Source of the DNA: Clostridia bacterium
Lineage (GTDB): Bacteria; Bacillota; Clostridia; Oscillospirales; CAG-272
Assembly: GCA_017399025.1 (NCBI GenBank)
Contig: JAFQEK010000045.1
Coordinates: forward strand, 6,661-70,660
Reading direction: 5' to 3'
Length of the DNA stretch: 64,000 nucleotides
The position numbers and the translations under genes were made by a program. Below, piece after piece: positions 1 through 8,038 of this stretch; position 1 is the first letter of the stretch, and each line of letters opens with the position of its first letter. The notes beneath the pieces are model-generated. The model was given only the letters and a program-made list of their open reading frames with translations, searched no databases and had not been told where the DNA came from.

Positions 1-416
1 TTTCTATACTGTGCTACATTTCTTTTGCCGTACTTTTTGCAAACGGAACTGATTTGCCACCCGGGAAACTGACCTTTGTGCCTCCTGTTGCGAGGCTCAT
101 CATCGGTCCGTTTATCATGTTGATTTTGACAGGATTTCTTTTGCAATATTATTACATAAAATTGTATGAAATCAAAAACGGTAAATTTGATATCACCAAA
201 GAAAAGTGTCTTCAAAAAGAGAAGAAATTGCAGCGATATTATCATCGTACGGAAAACGAAAACTTTCTTTATTTTCGCAATGGAACAATTACGGTAAAAG
301 CGGATGTTTTTTCATATACAAATGCCGGAGATGCGTTTTATCTCATTTGGTTGAAATCTTCCAGGATTCCGTTGCTTGCTTACCATACAAATCAGTACGA
401 AATCGATGCTGTTTAA
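1..416 (+). CDS. hypothetical membrane protein, 5' end possibly outside window
   Basis: The ORF-track ORF 54..416 begins at a TTG. The same frame stays open (no stop) back to base 3, so the true start may lie upstream of the window. One hydrophobic helix (LIIGPFIMLILTGFLLQYYY). No family recognised. Confidence 0.4.
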   Translation, partial: SILCYISFAVLFANGTDLPPGKLTFVPPVARLIIGPFIMLILTGFLLQYYYIKLYEIKNGKFDITKEKCLQKEKKLQRYYHRTENENFLYFRNGTITVKADVFSYTNAGDAFYLIWLKSSRIPLLAYHTNQYEIDAV

Positions 417-499
417 CCTTTTTGATTTTGCGCCATTTTCCATAGTTTTTTCATTATTTACATGATATAATAAGAAATCATTTATCTCAGGAGGTTTTT

Positions 500-787
500 A
501 TGAGAGAAGGAACAAGCGGCTTTTGGGTTACAAACCAAGACGGCGCCATCAGTATTGGATATGCAGATTACGGTGTCTCCGAATTCGGCGGCGGCGATTT
601 TGAAAAAACATATTATTTAAATAAAGAAAACTCAAAAAAATTTGTAAACGCATTGCAAAAAGAATATCAAGGCTCTTTGAAAGAGATGATCGAAGCAGCA
701 TTCGAAAAAAACTTCAATGATCCTCTTTTTTGGGATTTTTGCAAAAAACACGGAATTGTATATTCTTCTTCCACTTGGAGTGGTTAA
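500..787 (+). CDS. hypothetical small protein (95 aa)
   Basis: ATG at 500 is preceded by AGGAGG (489-494), with an extended -10 (TGATATAAT, 463-471) upstream. No family recognised. Confidence 0.55.
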   Translation: MREGTSGFWVTNQDGAISIGYADYGVSEFGGGDFEKTYYLNKENSKKFVNALQKEYQGSLKEMIEAAFEKNFNDPLFWDFCKKHGIVYSSSTWSG

Positions 788-808
788 TTCACAGAAAGGT
801 GTTATATT

Positions 809-1240
809 ATGATTTATACTACTATGACCAAGATTGCTTTAAAGCTCTGTTTTGAAACACACAAGGATCAACTCGACAAAAGCGGTATGCCTTACGTTTT
901 TCATCCGTTCCACTTAGCAGAACAAATGACAGATGAAGAAACCACCATTGTTGCGCTTCTTCATGACGTTGTGGAAGATTCAGACAGAACGATTGACGAT
1001 TTAAGAGAAATGGGATTCGGTGAAAACGTTCTTGAAGCAATTACCTTGATGACACATGATCCCGAAGTTCCTTATATGGATTATGTGGAAAATCTTAAAA
1101 CAAACCGCATTGCAAAAGCCGTCAAGCTTGCCGATTTAAGGCACAACAGCGATATGTCCCGACTGGATTCTGTTACCCCTTATGACATGATCCGGGCAGA
1201 AAAATATAAAAAAGCGATCGAATTGCTTGAAAATTCTTGA
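809..1240 (+). CDS. small alarmone hydrolase (stand-alone RelA/SpoT-type HD (p)ppGpp hydrolase domain)
   Basis: The 143-aa protein carries the RSH hydrolase motifs: HPFHLAEQM, ALLHDVVEDS and KLADLRHN. It has no synthetase domain. Confidence 0.8.
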   Translation: MIYTTMTKIALKLCFETHKDQLDKSGMPYVFHPFHLAEQMTDEETTIVALLHDVVEDSDRTIDDLREMGFGENVLEAITLMTHDPEVPYMDYVENLKTNRIAKAVKLADLRHNSDMSRLDSVTPYDMIRAEKYKKAIELLENS

Positions 1241-1309
1241 TTCTTGAAACTTATTTAACAAAATACGTAAAAGAAAATTTACTTCAATTCTAACAAGGAA
1301 ACTAAATAT

Positions 1310-1621
1310 ATGGATAAAAATCTTCTTTCCCAAATTGATGGAAAATCCATTACGGTTCAGGATTTCTTAATTGAGCACGAAGAAGAAACCCTGACTGTTA
1401 AAATAACCTGTATCACCGAAAATCAAAACTCTTATTTTATCATCTTTGAAAATGTCTCAAAATTAAAATTGTCCGAAATTTCATATCCGTTTCAAATTTG
1501 CGGCTTTGAAATATTGGATTACTCTTCCCACGGTTATCAAAAAGACAATCGCTTCTTTGTCAATGATTATGAAGATGGAACACTTTCCTTTTATTGTGAA
1601 AATTTTGAGATCTTGATATAA
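1310..1621 (+). CDS. hypothetical small protein (103 aa)
   Basis: Complete ORF with a weak RBS (AAGGAA) upstream. No family recognised. Small acidic soluble protein. Confidence 0.5.
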   Translation: MDKNLLSQIDGKSITVQDFLIEHEEETLTVKITCITENQNSYFIIFENVSKLKLSEISYPFQICGFEILDYSSHGYQKDNRFFVNDYEDGTLSFYCENFEILI

Positions 1622-1769
1622 ACAGATAAAATTAAGTCGGATACTTTACTAGTTCTCTTGAAGGTTTTCCGAAAAACAGACCGATTCCTCAGGCTTTTCG
1701 ATTTACAACAAAACTAATTTATTCACAATGGTAAAAAACAAACCGCAGTGAACACAGGGAGGATGTTTT

Positions 1770-2435
1770 ATGAAAATAAAATCTGCAATTTTTGATATGG
1801 ATGGCACCTTAGTAGATTCCCTGATGATTTGGGAAGTGATTTGGGATTCCTTTGGTAAACAGTACCGAAACGGCGGAGATTTTACGCCGGATATACAGGA
1901 TGATAAAAAAGTACGTACGCTGACTTTAAAAGATGCCATGGAATTAATTCATCAAAATTATGGATTGGGCAACAGCGGCGAGGAATTGTTGGCGTTGGCA
2001 AACAGTATTCTGCTTGATTTTTATGCCAATCGTGTAAAACTTAAAAAAGGAGTCCGAGAATTTCTGGAATACTGCTCCGCAAACGGAACAAAAATGTGCA
2101 TTGCTTCCGCAACAGCACCCGATTTACTTCAAGTTTCATTGAAAAGCTGCGGCATTGAAAAATATTTCTCAAAAATCTTTTCTTGCGGAGATATCGGCAA
2201 AGGAAAAGAGCATCCCGATGTTTTTTTGGCAGCAAGAGAATTCCTGGGCTCGCCTCTTGATGAAACATGGGTTTTTGAGGATTCTTTGGTTGCCATCGAA
2301 ACGGCAGCAAAAATCGGAATGCCTACCGTCGGCATTTATGATTCTCACAACTTCGGACAAGACAAAATCCGGAAAATCGCTTCGGAATATATTGCTGAAG
2401 GTGAAACACTCGTTAAATTGATAACAAATACATAA
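1770..2435 (+). CDS. HAD-superfamily hydrolase (beta-phosphoglucomutase-like subfamily IA)
   Basis: HAD motif I FDMDGTLVDS near the N-terminus. GGGAGG RBS at 1757-1762. 221 aa. Confidence 0.8.
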   Translation: MKIKSAIFDMDGTLVDSLMIWEVIWDSFGKQYRNGGDFTPDIQDDKKVRTLTLKDAMELIHQNYGLGNSGEELLALANSILLDFYANRVKLKKGVREFLEYCSANGTKMCIASATAPDLLQVSLKSCGIEKYFSKIFSCGDIGKGKEHPDVFLAAREFLGSPLDETWVFEDSLVAIETAAKIGMPTVGIYDSHNFGQDKIRKIASEYIAEGETLVKLITNT

Positions 2436-2450
2436 AAGGAGATATACACC

Positions 2451-3722
2451 ATGAACAGTTATAAAAAACAACTGGAATTTCTTGATTGGGAATTCGGCAT
2501 ATTTTTCCATTTCGGAATCCGTTCATTTTATCCCGGACACCGCGATTGGGACGGTAAGGATATGCCTCCCGAAGCCTTTAATCCCCAAATGCTCGATTGT
2601 GAACAATGGATCTCCACAGCAAAGCAAGCCGGCGCAAAATATGCGATATTGACAGCCAAGCATCATGACGGTTTTGCTCTCTGGCCTTCGAAATATTCCA
2701 ATTACAGCGTTGCCGATACACCTTGGAAAGACGGCAAAGGCGACGTGATACGCGAATTTGTCGATGCCTGCCGTAAATATGATCTGAAAGTCGGACTCTA
2801 TTATTCTCCCGCACAATGGGGAAAGCACACCATTGCATTCTCCAACGGAAAGGAATACGATGATTATTTCATCAATCAGATTGGTGAATTGCTTACGAAT
2901 TACGGAAAAATCGATTACCTTTGGTTTGATGGATGCGGCTCTGAAGGCCACGAATATGATAAAGCGCGCATCGTAGCCGAAATTGACAAAATGCAGCCCG
3001 ATATTCTGACATTCTGCGATCCCGAATGGACCGCAGGTGTTCATTGGATTGGAAATGAAGACGGTTATGCTTCGTTGAACAATCCGCTGATCGTTTCTTC
3101 TACTGATTTTTCCGAGCTTGCTACGGAAGAACAAAAATTGTCTTCTTCCATCTTCCTGCCCGCAGAATGCGATGCAAAAATTCGGAACACCTGGTTTTAT
3201 GACAACAATGAAGATACCTTGAAAAGCACCGATGAATTATTCGGTATGTACGAAATGTCGGTGGGACACGGTTCCAATTTTCTCTTGAACATCGGTCCCG
3301 ATTTCCGAGGACTTCTGCCGGATAAAGATGTTTCCCGTTTGCTTGCGCTCGGAAAACGCATTCGCGAGAATTATGAAAATGCCTTACCTTACACAAATCC
3401 CGTCAAAGACGGTGATATCTATACAATGGAGCACAGCGAGCTTGCAAACCGCGATTGGTCCAAACCCTATGAATCCCGTCTTTCCAATTGCATTATGATC
3501 AGCGAAGACCTCACAAACGGTCCGTCAATAGAATCATTCTCTATATACGGCTATCTGCCTAATTACAAAAAGAAGAAAATTTTGCTCTTTGAAGGAAAAA
3601 CGATCGGTCATAAGGTCATTTGCAAATTCAGTGCTCTGCGTTGCTCCAAATATGAAATCGTCATCAACCGCCACAGTGGTGATTATGCAATCAAAGACAT
3701 CAAAGCCTTTTATGTGAAATAA
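2451..3722 (+). CDS. alpha-L-fucosidase (GH29)
   Basis: GH29 signatures FGIFFHFG and KHHDGFALWPS. AAAGGAG RBS. 423 aa. Confidence 0.85.
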   Translation: MNSYKKQLEFLDWEFGIFFHFGIRSFYPGHRDWDGKDMPPEAFNPQMLDCEQWISTAKQAGAKYAILTAKHHDGFALWPSKYSNYSVADTPWKDGKGDVIREFVDACRKYDLKVGLYYSPAQWGKHTIAFSNGKEYDDYFINQIGELLTNYGKIDYLWFDGCGSEGHEYDKARIVAEIDKMQPDILTFCDPEWTAGVHWIGNEDGYASLNNPLIVSSTDFSELATEEQKLSSSIFLPAECDAKIRNTWFYDNNEDTLKSTDELFGMYEMSVGHGSNFLLNIGPDFRGLLPDKDVSRLLALGKRIRENYENALPYTNPVKDGDIYTMEHSELANRDWSKPYESRLSNCIMISEDLTNGPSIESFSIYGYLPNYKKKKILLFEGKTIGHKVICKFSALRCSKYEIVINRHSGDYAIKDIKAFYVK

Positions 3723-3779
3723 TAAAATAGATTCATTACATATAACTAAATAGAACGCTTTTCCAAAAATCCCTATTGT

Positions 3780-3807
3780 ATAGGGTCGTACTCTAAAGGA
3801 CAGTTTT
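3780..3807. repeat. left copy of a perfect 28-bp inverted repeat (ATAGGGTCGTACTCTAAAGGACAGTTTT)
   Basis: Exact reverse complement of 4672-4699, checked base by base. Confidence 0.95.
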
Positions 3808-3810
3808 ATA

Positions 3811-3848
3811 AAGATACGGCACACCTATTTCGAGGTGTGCCGTATCTT
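3811..3848. terminator. 15-bp perfect-stem hairpin (AAGATACGGCACACC / GGTGTGCCGTATCTT)
   Basis: Read directly from the sequence. It lies between the convergent fucosidase gene (+) and the 3967..4482 gene (-). The U-tract is poor on both strands. Confidence 0.55.
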
Positions 3849-3966
3849 GCGTTTGTGTACACAAATGCAGTGCTTGTCAGGAAAATTGATAACTCATAGA
3901 TGAATATAAAAAGGCTCCCTTTTTGCCGATTAGCGAACCAATGTTATTGACAAATTGAATTTGTTC

Positions 3967-4482
3967 TTATTTTCTTATTTCGTACCAAAAATCCAAAGCA
4001 TCGTCTTTTTTTAATTCAGTATTATGTTCCAAAATCTTTTCAAATATGCGTAATAGTTCAGAATCTGCAAAAGAGTCAACGGATTTAGTTTGTGAGGACA
4101 CTAAAACAATTTTCTTTTTTTCTGATTGTATAACCAGCATCCCCGCCTTTGCCATACCGTAAACAGAAACGGTTGTTCCTCTTAACCAATTAACTTTTTT
4201 TAATTCATATATTTTGTTTTGTTTTTGTATGTACACTATTCCGTTTTCAATCCAATAAGCACCTGTTCTTTCAAACCACTTGCGATTTTGAGTGCATTTG
4301 TAGTAAACATACAGCCAAACAAACATAATGATAGCACAAATTAAAAAATACCAAAAATTTGCGTATTCTATTCCCATCGACTCAGCAACTAAGAGTTGAA
4401 CTATTAAGATAAGGGGCAATGCAAGCCCTGCGCATCCAATTCTCAAAAACCATCGTTGATATGTGAACAGGTTTTTCTCCAT
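3967..4482 (-). CDS. hypothetical 2-TM membrane protein, possibly YdbS-like bacterial PH domain
   Basis: 171 aa with two N-terminal hydrophobic helices followed by a ~100-aa soluble domain. It has its own promoter and a GAGG RBS. The family assignment is tentative. Confidence 0.6.
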   Translation of the reverse strand: MEKNLFTYQRWFLRIGCAGLALPLILIVQLLVAESMGIEYANFWYFLICAIIMFVWLYVYYKCTQNRKWFERTGAYWIENGIVYIQKQNKIYELKKVNWLRGTTVSVYGMAKAGMLVIQSEKKKIVLVSSQTKSVDSFADSELLRIFEKILEHNTELKKDDALDFWYEIRK

Positions 4483-4566
4483 TTTTGATTACCTCGTCAA
4501 ACTCTCATTATCATTCGGGTTCATCACTCCAATTTCGGCTCATGCATAAGGCTAAGACCACACCTT

Positions 4567-4595
4567 ATTATAGCACAAAAAACGCAGAAAATCAA
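4567..4595 (-). promoter_or_regulatory. sigma-A type promoter for the 3967..4482 gene (TTGATT-17-TGCTATAAT)
   Basis: On the minus strand the -35 TTGATT is at 4590-4595 and the -10 TATAAT at 4567-4572, with a TG extension and a 17-bp spacer. Confidence 0.6.
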
Positions 4596-4610
4596 TCTGC
4601 GTTTTTTGTG
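4574..4610. terminator. 14-bp stem hairpin with flanking A/T runs (CACAAAAAACGCAG / CTGCGTTTTTTGTG)
   Basis: Read directly. It has the shape of a bidirectional terminator. It lies inside the inverted-repeat-bounded segment, upstream of the padR promoter. Confidence 0.6.
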
Positions 4611-4671
4611 TTTTAAAGCTTTTTAGTAAAAGAAAAATCTATTATCTCCTGTCGGTAGGTAATCTATTCTC

Positions 4672-4699
4672 AAAACTGTCCTTTAGAGTACGACCCTAT
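4672..4699. repeat. right copy of the perfect 28-bp inverted repeat
   Basis: AAAACTGTCCTTTAGAGTACGACCCTAT is the reverse complement of 3780-3807. Confidence 0.95.
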
Positions 4700-4732
4700 C
4701 AACCATCGGGATTTTATTTTTTCAGAAATATC

Positions 4733-4761
4733 TTGACAAAACAAATACTTCGTGATATGAT
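4733..4761 (+). promoter_or_regulatory. sigma-A type promoter of the padR operon (TTGACA-17-TGATATGAT)
   Basis: TTGACA at 4733-4738 and TATGAT at 4756-4761, with a 17-bp spacer and a TG extension. Confidence 0.65.
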
Positions 4762-4785
4762 GTATTGCGTAAGGAGGAGTATATT

Positions 4786-5106
4786 ATGGATATTCAACTG
4801 AAACGAGGACTTCTGGATGTATGCGTATTGACTGCCATCAAAAATGAAGATTCCTACGGTTATAAAATTATCAAAGATATCAAACCGTATATTGAAATGT
4901 CGGAATCAACCCTGTACACCATTCTGAAACGCTTGGAATTTGCCGAAATGCTGACAGTAAGAACTTCCGAGCACGGAGGCAGACTGCGAAAATATTATCA
5001 TATTACAGATGCGGGATTGAAGCGCATCGAAGATTTCAAAAACGAATGGCGCGAAGTCATGTCAATCTATCAATTTGTAATCAAGGAGGAGGAGCAAAAT
5101 GAATAA
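4786..5106 (+). CDS. PadR-family transcriptional regulator
   Basis: Winged-helix PadR signature (GYKIIKDI...STLYTILKRLE...RKYYHITDAG). ATG at 4786 follows AAGGAGG (4771-4777). The TTG at 4765 used by the ORF track would overlap that RBS. Confidence 0.85.
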   Translation: MDIQLKRGLLDVCVLTAIKNEDSYGYKIIKDIKPYIEMSESTLYTILKRLEFAEMLTVRTSEHGGRLRKYYHITDAGLKRIEDFKNEWREVMSIYQFVIKEEEQNE

Positions 5107-5701
5107 AGAAGAATTTATATCAGATCTGCAACAAAAGCTTTCCGGCATTCCTGAAAAAATCTTGAGGGACACCATTTGCTTCTATGAAGAAATGATTGAA
5201 GACCGAATGGAAGAAGGTCTTTCGGAAGAAGAAGCCATCCGCGATATCGGTAATACCGAAGAAATTGCGACGCAGATTCTTGCGGATATTCCCCTGCTCC
5301 ATATCGTGAAAGATAAAATCAAACCCAAACGGAAACTGCAAGGGTGGGAAATCGCACTTCTGGTAATTGGTTCTCCTCTATGGATTTCTTTGCTGGTTGC
5401 CGTTTTCGCGATGGTAATTTCCATTTATGCAGTCATATGGTCTGTGATCGTTTCCCTTTGGGCCGCTTTTGCTTCGCTGATCGCTTGCGCAGTCTGTGGC
5501 ATTGGTATAGGTGCAGGATTTATTTTCATAGGCAACGGTTTAGCAGGTGCGTTTCTCCTCGGTGCAGGTTTGATCTTGGCAGGACTTTCTATTTTCTTGT
5601 TCTATGGCTGCAAAGCAGCAACTAACGGTACAGCTGTACTCACAAAAAAGATCGCTCTCGGTATAAAAAGCTGTTTTATTAAAAAGGAGAAAGGGCAATG
5701 A
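5099..5701 (+). CDS. DUF1700-like membrane protein (PadR-associated)
   Basis: N-terminal soluble helical region (EEFISDLQQKLSGIP...EEAIRDIG) followed by Gly/Ala-rich TM helices. Overlaps the padR stop by 8 nt. Confidence 0.7.
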   Translation: MNKEEFISDLQQKLSGIPEKILRDTICFYEEMIEDRMEEGLSEEEAIRDIGNTEEIATQILADIPLLHIVKDKIKPKRKLQGWEIALLVIGSPLWISLLVAVFAMVISIYAVIWSVIVSLWAAFASLIACAVCGIGIGAGFIFIGNGLAGAFLLGAGLILAGLSIFLFYGCKAATNGTAVLTKKIALGIKSCFIKKEKGQ

Positions 5702-6660
5702 AAAAACATACGAAAATATGGCTGATTGCAGCAACATTTCTTATGATTTTCGGTATCATTCTGCTTACATCGGTTATGACGTTCCATCATTGGGATTTCT
5801 CAAGACTCAGTACCGAAAAATATGAAACCAATACTTATACAGTCAGCGAAACATTCCGAAATATATCTATACAAACGGATACTGCAGATATTCTCTTTTT
5901 GCCATCTGAAGACGGAGTCTGCAAAACAGTTTGCTATGAATCCGAAAACATATGGCACAGTGTTTCCGTGCAAAACGAAACGCTCGTCATTCAGTCGAGT
6001 GATGAAAGAGATTGGTATGATTATATCGGCATATTTCAGAAAAGCCTCAAAATCACTATTTATTTACCGCAAAATGAATACGGTTCTCTCACAATTAAGG
6101 AATCTACCGGCGATATCGAAATCCCGAAAGATTTTCAATTCAAAAATATTGATATTTCCACCAGTACGGGAGATATTAAAAATTATGCTTCCGCTTTGGA
6201 AACCATAAAAATCCAAACGAGTACGGGAGATATTCGCGTTGAAAATATGTCTGCCAAAGCAATCTTTCTTTCTGCTTCAACAGGAAAAATCAACGTTCTT
6301 TCCGCGATTTGCCAAGAAACCATCGAAACCCGTGTCAGCACAGGAAAAATAACTCTGACGGATATTTCATGCAAAAATTTGATTTCCAAAGGCTCCACAG
6401 GGGACATTTTGATGAAAAATGTACGCGCTGAGGAAAAATTTGCCATTGAACGCAATACAGGCGACATAAACTTTGACGACTGTGATGCAAGAGAAATTTT
6501 CGTTAAGACCTCCACGGGTGATGTGAGCGGCACTTTGCTTTCCGAAAAAGATTTTCATGCAAAAAGCAATACCGGTCATGTTCGTGTTCCTCAATCCTCA
6601 AACGCAGGCAAATGTGAAATCATCTGCGATACGGGAGATATTGAAATCAAAATTTCATAA
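5698..6660 (+). CDS. DUF4097-like beta-strand repeat protein (putative adhesin fold), N-terminal TM anchor
   Basis: Many STGDI/NTGDI/STGKI repeats. The start overlaps the upstream stop (ATGA). Confidence 0.7.
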   Translation: MKKHTKIWLIAATFLMIFGIILLTSVMTFHHWDFSRLSTEKYETNTYTVSETFRNISIQTDTADILFLPSEDGVCKTVCYESENIWHSVSVQNETLVIQSSDERDWYDYIGIFQKSLKITIYLPQNEYGSLTIKESTGDIEIPKDFQFKNIDISTSTGDIKNYASALETIKIQTSTGDIRVENMSAKAIFLSASTGKINVLSAICQETIETRVSTGKITLTDISCKNLISKGSTGDILMKNVRAEEKFAIERNTGDINFDDCDAREIFVKTSTGDVSGTLLSEKDFHAKSNTGHVRVPQSSNAGKCEIICDTGDIEIKIS

Positions 6661-6730
6661 ATATCCTATTAAAACAGTCTTCTTCGCACGAAAAAGGCTG
6701 TTTTACTGTATCCGTACATAAATTTTTTGC

Positions 6731-6759
6731 TTGATTTCAGCAAAGCTTTATGTTATAAT
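6731..6759 (+). promoter_or_regulatory. sigma-A type promoter (TTGATT-17-TGTTATAAT)
   Basis: TTGATT at 6731-6736 and TATAAT at 6754-6759 with a TG extension. This leaves a ~150-nt leader before the 6918 start. Confidence 0.55.
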
Positions 6760-6917
6760 GAAAAAGTAAGCAATCCTCACTCATCAGCTTGTCTGACTTT
6801 TTCATGTATTTACATAATATAAAATGCTGAATTTTATTTTAACAATTCCCTATAATTTGAAAAAACGAGATTCTTTTGCTCATAAACAAAAGATCTCGGG
6901 AAAGGAATGTCAACCGT

Positions 6918-7976
6918 ATGGCAAAAGAACCTTTTTTCAAAATCAACTTCCGAAAATCCGCCTCTAAGACAGATGCGGCATGGGAGGTTTATACAAAAAC
7001 TTATGGTGCATGGATGGCAAACGCTTTTCAAAATCAGAAAAAAGCCAAAGAACAGTTTATCAGCGCATTGGATTCCTTGCACAAAAATTATCCGAAAGCC
7101 GCCGTTCAGATTTTGGACTCCGAATTAAAACCGCTTTGTAAAACCGCAGAAGAAAAAACTGCTTGGCTTTTTTTCATGGGCATCGCATACGAATCCATGG
7201 AACAATATGCAAAAGCGTTCCTCTATTTCACCGCCGCATCGGAATATGAAACGGAAAGTCCCGTGATCTATCATAAATTGGCAGACTGCTCCTATCGGGA
7301 AAAGCTTTTCGGTTTTGCCGAATGCAATTACAGAGAGGCAATTCGTCTTTACAATCAAGAAAATACGGAAAATACCGCTTCTCGGAGAACGCTCACCGAA
7401 CTGTATGTTTCTCTTGCCTCCTGTCTTACAATGATGCACGAATATCAAGCTGCCGAAGAAGCACTTTCATATTCCGAAAACGCAGAAAACAAAATATCGG
7501 AAACACAAAAAGTAAGAGCCCTGCTTTATGCCGTACAAGGAGAATATGAAAAAGCAGAATCTTCCTTGAATATATTTCTGCAACAAACAGGAGCGCAGAA
7601 TGATCCCGACATACGACAGCAGATTGATACCATTCGTTTGGGTACACACGAACAGTTTTCCACAATTCCTGTGGAAAACTCCGACATCAAAGCCTTTTGG
7701 AGATGGTTTTCAAGTAAAATGGATTCCTATCTTGCTATTATGGATACCGATCAAACTGAAGAAATTTCGGAGATGACATCGGAAATTTCTTCAAGGCTGA
7801 AAAAAGTATTCCCTTTTATACAGCATACCATTGCGGTTTCTGCTTATAAAAATAAATCCTATTCTATTTTTGTTTCGGATTTTTACGCGCAAGCTTTATC
7901 TGACGGATTGCAGACATTATTTGAAGCAATGCCCGAAAAAATCAAAGAAAAAATACATTGGATCAAAATTCATTAA
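6918..7976 (+). CDS. hypothetical TPR-like repeat protein
   Basis: Helical repeat region (AWLFFMGIAYESMEQYAKAFLYFTAA...). I prefer the ATG at 6918 over the TTG at 6876, which sits inside a leader hairpin (about 6865-6900). Confidence 0.55.
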   Translation: MAKEPFFKINFRKSASKTDAAWEVYTKTYGAWMANAFQNQKKAKEQFISALDSLHKNYPKAAVQILDSELKPLCKTAEEKTAWLFFMGIAYESMEQYAKAFLYFTAASEYETESPVIYHKLADCSYREKLFGFAECNYREAIRLYNQENTENTASRRTLTELYVSLASCLTMMHEYQAAEEALSYSENAENKISETQKVRALLYAVQGEYEKAESSLNIFLQQTGAQNDPDIRQQIDTIRLGTHEQFSTIPVENSDIKAFWRWFSSKMDSYLAIMDTDQTEEISEMTSEISSRLKKVFPFIQHTIAVSAYKNKSYSIFVSDFYAQALSDGLQTLFEAMPEKIKEKIHWIKIH

Positions 7977-8038
7977 AATCTCCGCAAAACCACCCACGAT
8001 TTTTCAAAATTTATGAATTTCAACAAAGGAGCTCATTT

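Noticed and set aside
1084-1092. Isolated perfect DnaA-box 9-mers inside CDSs (1084, 19722, 24366) and TGTGGAAAT at 10609 and 62298
   Set aside because: Single hits fit chance, given that the motif overlaps common codons (GTG GAA AAx). Only the clustered and palindromic occurrences are reported as findings.
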